Source: an uncultured Christensenellaceae bacterium
GTDB lineage: Bacteria; Bacillota; Clostridia; Christensenellales; Borkfalkiaceae
Direction: 5' to 3'
Length of the DNA stretch: 64,000 nt
NCBI GenBank assembly: GCA_910586985.1
Contig: CAJUKK010000012.1
Coordinates: 5,377-69,376 of the forward strand
Made by a program: the position numbers and the translations under genes. Every line of letters starts with the position of its first letter. Position 1 is the first letter of the stretch. The notes under the pieces were generated by a model that was not told the DNA's origin, did no database searches, and saw only the letters and a list, made by a program, of their open reading frames with translations. Shown in pieces: positions 16,254-22,733 of this stretch.

Positions 16254-17152
16254 ATTTCCCCCAAAACCGACAGAAGATCGGCTTTCATATCGAGGCACGC
16301 CTGACGCGCCGCATCGTAGTATGTTCCGCCGCGCTTGAGATAGGAGCAGAGGATTCCGCGGGAATTGTTTACGATCCCGCCGAGTCCGTTTTTATCAAAG
16401 CAGTTTTTGAGCATTTCGGCGTTCGCGCCCTGCGCGCCGTATCCGGGGACAAGGAAGAAGGTATGCGCAAGACGCGCGCGGAGCACCTTCGCCTCCTCGG
16501 GATAGGTTGCGCCTACGACCGCGCCGACCGCCGAATATCCGTATTTGCCGACGGTGTCCTCGCCCCACTTTTCCACCATGTCGCCCATGCACTCGTACAC
16601 GGCGCGCCCGTCGGCAAGTTTTAAGTTCTGAAGTTCGCCCGAGGAGGGATTGCTCGTTTTGACGAGTACGAAAATCCCTTTGTCGCGCGCTTTGCAAAGA
16701 TCGGTAAAGGGTACGATCCCGTCCGAACCGAGATATCCGTTTACCGTAAGATAGTCGCAGGGGTATGCCTCCTCCGCGTTGCCATTTACGCAGGTCTCGC
16801 CGAGAAACGCCGCGCCGTAGCGGGAGGCGGTCGCGCCGATGTCGTTGCGCTTAGCGTCGGTAATCACGATAAGTCCCTTTTCCTTCGCATATTCGCAGGT
16901 CTTTTTAAACGCCTTCATGCCCGCTCTGCCGTACTGTTCGTAATAGGCGATCTGCACTTTGACGCAGGGTACGATATCGTGTACGCTGTCGATGATCTTT
17001 TTGTTAAATTCGAGAACGGCCTTCGCCGCGCCCTTAAAGTCCTCTACGCCCTCTCTCATATCTTCGGGCAGATAGTCGAACGACGTATCCAGTCCCACCG
17101 CCGTGGGATTCTGTTTTGCGATAATTTGCTCGATAAGCGCGTCGGTGATCAT
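16241..17152 (-). CDS. pyrF: Orotidine-5-phosphate decarboxylase (long, type 2)
   Basis: 303 aa with VGLD, DAKRNDIG and operon context. Confidence 0.88.
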   Translation of the reverse strand: MITDALIEQIIAKQNPTAVGLDTSFDYLPEDMREGVEDFKGAAKAVLEFNKKIIDSVHDIVPCVKVQIAYYEQYGRAGMKAFKKTCEYAKEKGLIVITDAKRNDIGATASRYGAAFLGETCVNGNAEEAYPCDYLTVNGYLGSDGIVPFTDLCKARDKGIFVLVKTSNPSSGELQNLKLADGRAVYECMGDMVEKWGEDTVGKYGYSAVGAVVGATYPEEAKVLRARLAHTFFLVPGYGAQGANAEMLKNCFDKNGLGGIVNNSRGILCSYLKRGGTYYDAARQACLDMKADLLSVLGEICAK

Positions 17153-18414
17153 TTTCTCTTCTCCTCGTATTTAATTTCGCCGTCGACGACGGTATATTTG
17201 ACTCTTCCGTAAACTTTCACGCCCGTAAACGGCGTGTTTTTGCCCTTGCTCACAAATTCGTCGGGATCGATCGTCCATTCCTCGTTCAGGTCCGCAAACG
17301 TGAGATCGGCAGGCGCGCCGACTTCGATTTTCCCGCCCTTTAAACTCAAAATTTCCGCGGGCGTCGCGCTCATTTTTTCGGCAAGCTGCGGGAGCGTCAG
17401 CTCTCCGCTCTTTACAAGCGCGGTATACGAGAGCGCGAACGAAGTTTCGAGTCCGCTGATCCCGAACGCCGCCAAGTTGTATTCCACGTTCTTATCGTCG
17501 GCATGGTGCGGCGCGTGATCGGTTACGATGCAGTCGAGCGTGCCGTCCTTTAACCCCTCGATCACCGCAAGCCTGTCCTTTTCCGCACGGAGGGGCGGAT
17601 TGACCTTGGTGTTCGTATCAAATTCTTTGATCGCCTCGTCGGTAAGCGTAAAATAATGCGGGCAGGTTTCGGCAGTCACTCTGACCCCGCGCGCCTTCGC
17701 CTCGCGGATGAGCTGGATTCCGCTGTACGTTGAAACGTGGCAGATATGCACGGGAAGATCCAGACTCTCCGCAAGGCATATCTCCCGCGCGATGATAATG
17801 TCCTCCGCCGCGCGGATACTGCCCTTGAGCCCCGTGAGCGTGGAATAATACCCCTCGTTGACGACCCCGCCGTCTACGAGTTCCCTGTCCTCGCAATGGC
17901 ACAGGCATTTGAGTCCGAAGTCGGAGGCGTACTGCATGGCAAGCGACATGATCTTTGTCGAGGGAACGCTCTTTCCGTCCTCGCTGAGCGCGACCGCGCC
18001 CGCATGCTTCATGCCGCCGATCGCCGCAAGCTCCTGCCCTTCCTGCCCTTTGGTGATCGCGCCTACGGGGTGGATTTTACAGAGGTTGACCTCCTTTTCC
18101 CGCGCCTTTATATAGGTTACGACCACTTTATTGTCGATCACGGGCGAGGTATTGGGCATACAGCAAATCTGCGTAAAACCGCCCTTGACCGCGGCGCGCG
18201 CGCCGCTTTCGATATTCTCTTTTTTTTCAAACCCCGGTTCGCGGAGATGCACGTGGATGTCGACGAGTCCCGCAAGCGCGGTGAGTCCCGCGCAGTCGAG
18301 AACTTCGCCCCCGCTCAGATTTTCGCCGATTTCGGCAATGAGTCCGTTTTCCGTTCTGATATCGACCTTTTTCACTTCGCCGCCGATAACGGCTTGCGCG
18401 TTTTTGAAAATCAT
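17149..18414 (-). CDS. pyrC: Dihydroorotase
   Basis: 421 aa with metal motif DIHVHLREPG and DHAPH. 4-nt overlaps on both sides. Confidence 0.92.
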   Translation of the reverse strand: MIFKNAQAVIGGEVKKVDIRTENGLIAEIGENLSGGEVLDCAGLTALAGLVDIHVHLREPGFEKKENIESGARAAVKGGFTQICCMPNTSPVIDNKVVVTYIKAREKEVNLCKIHPVGAITKGQEGQELAAIGGMKHAGAVALSEDGKSVPSTKIMSLAMQYASDFGLKCLCHCEDRELVDGGVVNEGYYSTLTGLKGSIRAAEDIIIAREICLAESLDLPVHICHVSTYSGIQLIREAKARGVRVTAETCPHYFTLTDEAIKEFDTNTKVNPPLRAEKDRLAVIEGLKDGTLDCIVTDHAPHHADDKNVEYNLAAFGISGLETSFALSYTALVKSGELTLPQLAEKMSATPAEILSLKGGKIEVGAPADLTFADLNEEWTIDPDEFVSKGKNTPFTGVKVYGRVKYTVVDGEIKYEEKRK

Positions 18415-19337
18415 GCCCTTGCCTCCTGATCGTTAAGAAGTTTTAACACCGACATTCTTACGGCTACGCCCGAGAGCACCTGATCCTCGATCCGGCTGCT
18501 TGCCCCGTCGATCAGCGAACAGGTAAGCTCCACCCCGCGGTTGACGGGTCCGGGGTGCATGACGATCGCGTTCGGTTTTGCGTACTTAATCACCTCTTCG
18601 TTTACGCCGTAGAATTTCGCGTATTCGCCGAGCGAGGGAAAGAGTCCCCCGTGCTGACGCTCGAGCTGGATTCTGAGACCCATTACGACGTCCGCCCCAT
18701 CCACTGCCTCCTCGCGCGAGGCGCATACCTTTGCGCCCATCTTGTCAAAATCGGCGGGAATGAGCGTTCGGGGAGCGAACACGCTGACTTCCGCGCCCAG
18801 CTTTTTAAGACCGAACAGGTTGCTCTTGGCTACGCGGGAGTGGCGGATATCGCCTAGGATCGCAACTTTTAACCCCTTGACCGCCCCGAACGTTTCGCGC
18901 ATGGTGAGCATGTCCAAGAGCGCCTGCGTGGGGTGTTCGTTCATGCCGTCGCCCCCGTTGATCACGTGCGCCTTTACCGTTTTGCCGAGCAATTTGGGCG
19001 CGCCGCCCATGGGGTGGCGAATGATAATAAAGTCGTTCCGCATCGCATCCAGCGTCTTGCCCGTATCGACGAGCGTTTCGCCCTTTTGCACGGAGGAGGA
19101 CGCCGCCGAAATATTCACTACGTGCGCCCCGAGATATTTTGCCGCAAGTTCGAAACTGCACCGCGTCCGCGTGCTGTTTTCGTAAAAGAGCGTGGTTACC
19201 GCCCTGCCCGTTAAATCGGGCAGATTTTTTACGCCCGAGCGGAGCTTTTGTTTCATCTCCGCCGCAACGCAAAGTATCTCGTCGATCTCCTCTGCGGAGA
19301 GCTCGTAAAGTCCCGTTACGTCTTTTTGTCTCAGCAT
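18411..19337 (-). CDS. pyrB: Aspartate carbamoyltransferase catalytic subunit
   Basis: Trimmed to Met24 (MLRQKDV), preceded by AAGGAG. Motifs ENSTRTRCSFE, HPTQALLD and HPGPVNRG. Confidence 0.92.
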   Translation of the reverse strand: MLRQKDVTGLYELSAEEIDEILCVAAEMKQKLRSGVKNLPDLTGRAVTTLFYENSTRTRCSFELAAKYLGAHVVNISAASSSVQKGETLVDTGKTLDAMRNDFIIIRHPMGGAPKLLGKTVKAHVINGGDGMNEHPTQALLDMLTMRETFGAVKGLKVAILGDIRHSRVAKSNLFGLKKLGAEVSVFAPRTLIPADFDKMGAKVCASREEAVDGADVVMGLRIQLERQHGGLFPSLGEYAKFYGVNEEVIKYAKPNAIVMHPGPVNRGVELTCSLIDGASSRIEDQVLSGVAVRMSVLKLLNDQEARA

Positions 19338-19360
19338 GCTTTCTCCTTTGGTGCGGACGG

Positions 19361-19397
19361 ATAAAAAAATAAGCCTTGCGGGCAATGCCGCATGGCT
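19361..19397 (-). terminator. Leader terminator (attenuator) directly upstream of the pyrB SD
   Basis: Minus-sense AGCCAUGCGGCAUUGCCCGCAAGGCU hairpin followed by UAUUUUUUUAU, ending ~12 nt before the pyrB SD (AAGGAG) and ~24 nt before the ATG. Confidence 0.6.
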
Positions 19398-19472
19398 GAA
19401 AATCACCTTAAAATCAGATGATACCGCGCTGTGAGCGCAGGCGTTTTAAACGCCATCCGTTTTACCTTTATG

Positions 19473-19501
19473 ATTATAGCATATCTGAAAAGCAAAGTAA
19501 A
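19473..19501 (-). promoter_or_regulatory. Candidate pyr promoter
   Basis: Minus strand reads TTTACT, a 17-nt spacer, then TGcTATAAT (extended -10), implying a leader of roughly 130 nt. Confidence 0.4.
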
Positions 19502-19507
19502 GCTTTT

Positions 19508-20203
19508 TTAATAAATTTGCACGAGAGAAAATTTAACTTTATCGCACGAAGTGAGGCGATACTCGATTCTGCCCTTTTCAAAGCGGAAGGGATAGTAATA
19601 AGATCCGTGCAAATGACCGAACACCACCTTGTTTACCCCGTTTTTTTCGAACAGCTCGGTAAACAGCGTGTCCTCCCCCTTGACGGTGCAGGGCGGATAG
19701 TGCATGAGCGCGATCAGAATATCACCCTCCTCGCGTACCTTTTCCGCCGCCTGAAAGGCAAGCTTAAACCGCTCCGCCTCGCGAAGATATATCGCCATGT
19801 CGTGCTCGCCGAAGTCCGAACTGCCGGGGCACGCCCAGCCGCGCGATCCCGCAACAATCACGTTGCCGAATTTGACGCAATCGTTTTGCAGAAAGGTAAA
19901 ACTGCCATCCGCTGCGGCGTTCCGCACCCGCGTGATGCCGTTCCACCAATAGTCGTGATTGCCGCGGACGAATACCTTCCGCCCCGCAAGCGGAGCAAGA
20001 GAGTTTACGTCGAACATGCCTTCTTCGAGCTTTTGCCCCCAGGAGGTGTCGCCGCCGATGAGAACGATATCGTCGTCCGTCACTTTTTCGCGCCAATCGT
20101 TTTTTATTTTTTCGAAGTGCCCTTCCCACCCCGCGCCGAAGATATCCATCGGCTTGGGATTGCATCCCGAAAGGTGCAGATCGCTGATCGCGAATACTTT
20201 CAT
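19508..20203 (-). CDS. Metallophosphoesterase (calcineurin-like)
   Basis: MKVFAISDLHLS, GGDTSW, GNHDYWW and GHLHG motifs. ATG at 20203 preferred over the TTG at 20209. No SD, and a TGcTATACT -10-like element ends 7 nt upstream. Confidence 0.85.
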   Translation of the reverse strand: MKVFAISDLHLSGCNPKPMDIFGAGWEGHFEKIKNDWREKVTDDDIVLIGGDTSWGQKLEEGMFDVNSLAPLAGRKVFVRGNHDYWWNGITRVRNAAADGSFTFLQNDCVKFGNVIVAGSRGWACPGSSDFGEHDMAIYLREAERFKLAFQAAEKVREEGDILIALMHYPPCTVKGEDTLFTELFEKNGVNKVVFGHLHGSYYYPFRFEKGRIEYRLTSCDKVKFSLVQIY

Positions 20204-20253
20204 GGACAAAGTATAGCATATTTTCGCTCGGTTGGCAAGGGATAAACCGAGCG

Positions 20254-20538
20254 TTACGGGGCGATTTTTAGGATTGCTTTGAGTTCAGAAAATTCGTTTT
20301 CCATGCGCTCGACCGCGTATTCGACGACGCGCTTGTATTTTTGCAGGGGCGAGCTCTGCTCTTCCCACTCTTCGCAGCCGTTGGGAAAGGGAAAACGGGC
20401 GTAATCTTTTTTGAGTATATTGCGCTTTAAGCACTTTCCGCAATGGGCGCTGCGCAATCTCATGCTTTCGTCAAAGTAGTAGTGTCGTAAAAAATGTTTG
20501 CACGCGGTACAGCTGTTGATTTGTTTGATTTCTTGCAT
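20254..20538 (-). CDS. 4-Cys mini-protein, type C, copy 1
   Basis: 94 aa. CTACKHFLRHYYFD...CGKC...GCEEWEE. C-terminal half identical to copy 2 apart from one residue near the end. Confidence 0.7.
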   Translation of the reverse strand: MQEIKQINSCTACKHFLRHYYFDESMRLRSAHCGKCLKRNILKKDYARFPFPNGCEEWEEQSSPLQKYKRVVEYAVERMENEFSELKAILKIAP

Positions 20539-20551
20539 ATTTACTCCTCTT

Positions 20552-20618
20552 TACACGTTTTGTGTATATATTTTATTACACATTTCGTGTAATGTCAAGC
20601 AATTATCCACAAAATGTG
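20552..20618. promoter_or_regulatory. Operator-like inverted repeats between Cys-C1 and its divergent HTH gene
   Basis: TACACgttttGTGTA (20552-66), TTACACatttcGTGTAA (20576-92) and CACAaaaTGTG (20608-18). TGtTAGATT lies 6 nt before the HTH ATG and there is no SD. Confidence 0.55.
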
Positions 20619-20631
20619 TTAGATTGTATTT

Positions 20632-20832
20632 ATGAATATTGGAGAAAGATTGCGGTATTTACGTTTGGGAAGAGGTTTTACACAAAAAGACGTAGCGACA
20701 GGGATAGGATTAACGGTTAGTGCATATTCAAATTATGAGAATAATCTCCGCGAACCGTCCATAGAAATTATTAAAAAACTTTGCGCCTATTATCAAGTTA
20801 CCGCAGATTATTTGTTGGGACTTGAAGATTGA
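20632..20832 (+). CDS. Small XRE-family HTH protein (type c, copy 1)
   Basis: 66 aa, FTQKDVATGIGLTVSAYSNYENNLREPS...ADYLLGLED. Confidence 0.85.
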   Translation: MNIGERLRYLRLGRGFTQKDVATGIGLTVSAYSNYENNLREPSIEIIKKLCAYYQVTADYLLGLED

Positions 20833-20865
20833 AAGGTGCAGATCGCTGATTGCGAATACTTTCAT
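20831..20865 (-). pseudogene. Duplicated 5-prime stub of the metallophosphoesterase gene (first ~11 codons, MKVFAISDLHL)
   Basis: ATG at 20865 corresponds to 20203 plus 662. The reading frame leaves the homologous sequence at the duplication junction. Confidence 0.8.
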
Positions 20866-20915
20866 AGACAAAGTATAGCATATTTTCGCTCGGTTGGTAA
20901 GGGATAAACCGAGCG

Positions 20916-21200
20916 TTACGGGTCGATTTTTAAGATCGCTTTGAGTTCCGAAAATTCGTTTTCCATGCGCTCGACCGCGTATTCGACGACGCGCTTGTAT
21001 TTTTGCAGGGGCGAGCTCTGCTCTTCCCACTCTTCGCAGCCGTTAGGAAAGGGAAAACGGGTGTAATCTTTTTTGAGTATATTGTGCTTTAAACATTTAC
21101 CGCAACTCGCGGCCCGCAGTTTCATATTTTCGTCAAAGTAATAGTGTTGTAAAAAATATCTGCACGCGGTACAGCCGTTGTTTGTTTTATTATTCGACAT
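20916..21200 (-). CDS. 4-Cys mini-protein, type C, copy 2
   Basis: ORF trimmed to Met20 (MSNNKTNNGCTAC), preceded by AGGAG. 94 aa. Confidence 0.7.
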   Translation of the reverse strand: MSNNKTNNGCTACRYFLQHYYFDENMKLRAASCGKCLKHNILKKDYTRFPFPNGCEEWEEQSSPLQKYKRVVEYAVERMENEFSELKAILKIDP

Positions 21201-21219
21201 AAAAACTCCTAATATTTTC

Positions 21220-21280
21220 AATACTAGTATTATATACTCTATTATAGAGTACGTCAAGGATTTTACCCTGTTTTAGAGTA
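21220..21280. promoter_or_regulatory. Operator-like repeats between Cys-C2 and its HTH gene (sequence differs from copy 1)
   Basis: Palindrome AATACTAGTATT (21220-31), inverted repeat TACTCTattatAGAGTA (21235-51), and an extra AGAGTA half-site (21275-80). Confidence 0.5.
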
Positions 21281-21290
21281 TCCTTATCTC

Positions 21291-21488
21291 ATGTACGGCA
21301 AAATATTACGAGATTTAAGAGTTGAACGAAATTTATCACAACAACAACTTGCAGATATTTTAGGCACAACACAAAAAACTATCAGCAAATACGAATTGGA
21401 AGATTTAGATTTAAGCACTGACATGGTTGTAAGTATCTGCAAATATTTTGGTGTCACCGCAGGCTATTTATTGGGACTTGAAGATTGA
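21291..21488 (+). CDS. Small XRE-family HTH protein (type d, copy 1)
   Basis: 65 aa, LSQQQLADILGTTQKTISKYELEDLD...AGYLLGLED. Confidence 0.85.
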   Translation: MYGKILRDLRVERNLSQQQLADILGTTQKTISKYELEDLDLSTDMVVSICKYFGVTAGYLLGLED

Positions 21489-21515
21489 AAGGAACGCCCC
21501 CGCGTTCCTTTTTTG
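21489..21515 (+). terminator. Intrinsic terminator
   Basis: AAGGAACGC-CCCC-GCGTTCCTT followed by TTTT. Confidence 0.7.
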
Positions 21516-21537
21516 TGTGTCTTCAATGCAGATAATT

Positions 21538-21570
21538 GCGCACTCCATATTGGAGTGCGCAGTGTTTTTT
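21538..21570 (+). terminator. Second hairpin with T-run
   Basis: Perfect 10-bp stem GCGCACTCCA / TGGAGTGCGC followed by AGTGTTTTTT. Confidence 0.6.
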
Positions 21571-21596
21571 ACCCTGTTTTAGCGTACTCTTATTTT

Positions 21597-21797
21597 ATGT
21601 ACGGAAAAATATTGCGGGAATTAAGGCTTGAACGGGATCTGTCGCAACAACAGCTCGCCGATATTTTAGGCACAACGCAAAAGACAATCAGCAAATACGA
21701 ATTGGAGTATTTGGATTTAAGCACCGAAATGATCATAACCATATGTAAATACTTTGGTGTGACCGCAGACTATTTATTGGGACTTGAAGAAGATTAA
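21597..21797 (+). CDS. Small XRE-family HTH protein (type d, copy 2)
   Basis: ORF trimmed to Met29 (MYGKILRELRLERD). Close paralog of 21291..21488, including ~25 nt of upstream sequence. Confidence 0.75.
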   Translation: MYGKILRELRLERDLSQQQLADILGTTQKTISKYELEYLDLSTEMIITICKYFGVTADYLLGLEED

Positions 21798-21816
21798 AAA
21801 AACTTTTTATTCTTTA

Positions 21817-21854
21817 TAAAAATCGCGCCGTTCGGGAAAACGGCGCGATTTTTA
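21817..21854. terminator. Bidirectional terminator
   Basis: AAAAATCGCGCCG-loop-CGGCGCGATTTTT, flanked by A-run and T-run. Confidence 0.7.
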
Positions 21855-21863
21855 TAAACTTTA

Positions 21864-22649
21864 TTATTCCCCGCTGTGATCGAACACGACCATCCATGCG
21901 CCCTTAAAGATAATCTTTAAGTCCAGCCAGACGCTCTGCCGTTCGATATAGTCGAGATCGAGCTGTACCCAATCGTCGAACAACAGCGCATTACGGTTTT
22001 TTTGAATCTGCCAAAGGCATAAAAGTCCGCCCTTGATTAAAAGACGCTGTTTTTGCTCCTCCGTATACTGCTCCACCTCGTGCGGGATGGGCGGGCGGGG
22101 GCCGACGACGCTCATCGTCCCGTTAAAAATATTCCAGAGCTGGGGAAGCTCGTCGAGCGAGGATTTGCGCAAAAATTTTCCGAACCGTGTAATGCGCGGG
22201 TCGTTCTTCATTTTAAACGCAGGTCCGTCCGCCTCGTTCAGACCCTTGTCGATCAGCTCCTGTTTCATATTTTCTGCATGCTTGCACATGGTGCGGATTT
22301 TATAAAACTTAAAAACCTTTCCGTTTTTTCCAACGCGTTTGGAAACGTAAACGGGATTGTGGAAATCTTCGAGCCACTTGATCAGCAGGCATAACAGGAT
22401 AATCGGCGAAAGCAGAATGAGCATGATTCCCGAAGAAAAGATATCGAACGCGCGCTTGATAAACCGGTAACAAAAATACCGGAACCCGCGCTTTTTATTT
22501 ACGATACGCGGCTGTCTCTCCGCGATTTCTCCCGTAAGTTCTTCCGCCGTCTCCGCGTCTGCGCGCGGCTCTTTTGCAATCGGCGCGGCGGACTCGTGCG
22601 CCGTTTGGAGTTCGGTCTCCTCACTGCATACCGCCAACTCTTCGTTCAT
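21864..22649 (-). CDS. Undecaprenyl-phosphate sugar phosphotransferase (bacterial sugar transferase family)
   Basis: TM segment followed by FKFYKIRTM, DELPQLWNIF and MSVVGPRP motifs. Confidence 0.85.
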   Translation of the reverse strand: MNEELAVCSEETELQTAHESAAPIAKEPRADAETAEELTGEIAERQPRIVNKKRGFRYFCYRFIKRAFDIFSSGIMLILLSPIILLCLLIKWLEDFHNPVYVSKRVGKNGKVFKFYKIRTMCKHAENMKQELIDKGLNEADGPAFKMKNDPRITRFGKFLRKSSLDELPQLWNIFNGTMSVVGPRPPIPHEVEQYTEEQKQRLLIKGGLLCLWQIQKNRNALLFDDWVQLDLDYIERQSVWLDLKIIFKGAWMVVFDHSGE

Positions 22650-22733
22650 GCGATTCCCCTCTCGTTTCGTCTGTAATGTATTCCCCGTACCAGCATGATT
22701 GCCAAAATCAGGCGATTTATATCATGCAAAAAA

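Larger units (their letters stand above)
20169..20830. repeat. Tandem duplication unit A (662 bp)
   Basis: Aligns colinearly with 20831..21492 at an offset of exactly 662 bp. By eye there are about ten substitutions and no indels over the first ~260 bp, then much higher divergence, with identity regained over the last ~25 bp (GGGACTTGAAGATTGAAAGG). Confidence 0.85.
20831..21492. repeat. Tandem duplication unit B (662 bp)
   Basis: See unit A. The junction sits on a shared GAAAGG hexamer (20169-74 and 20831-36). Confidence 0.85.

Noticed and set aside
19338-19472. PyrR binding loop in the pyr leader
   Set aside because: I looked for the UCCAGAGAGG-type loop on the minus strand and did not find it. 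Only the terminator is called.
20728-21030. 100-aa minus-strand ORF containing MKVFAISDLHLS
   Set aside because: It is a chimera created by the tandem duplication junction. Only ~11 codons are homologous to the phosphoesterase gene, and the rest reads through the antisense strand of the HTH gene.
11225-21797. Reading the HTH/Cys pairs as type II toxin-antitoxin modules, or as a prophage remnant or mobile element
   Set aside because: Partners are divergently transcribed from separate promoters rather than forming a bicistronic operon. No toxin-like fold is recognisable. I found no integrase, recombinase, transposase, terminal inverted repeats or att-like duplication. I therefore make no mobile-element call. 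A phage-derived origin of the switch architecture remains possible.
20169-21797. Possible CRISPR array or other short-repeat array
   Set aside because: The repeats are 662-bp protein-coding units, not 25-40 bp repeats with unique spacers. No cas genes or regular short repeat/spacer pattern occur anywhere in the window.
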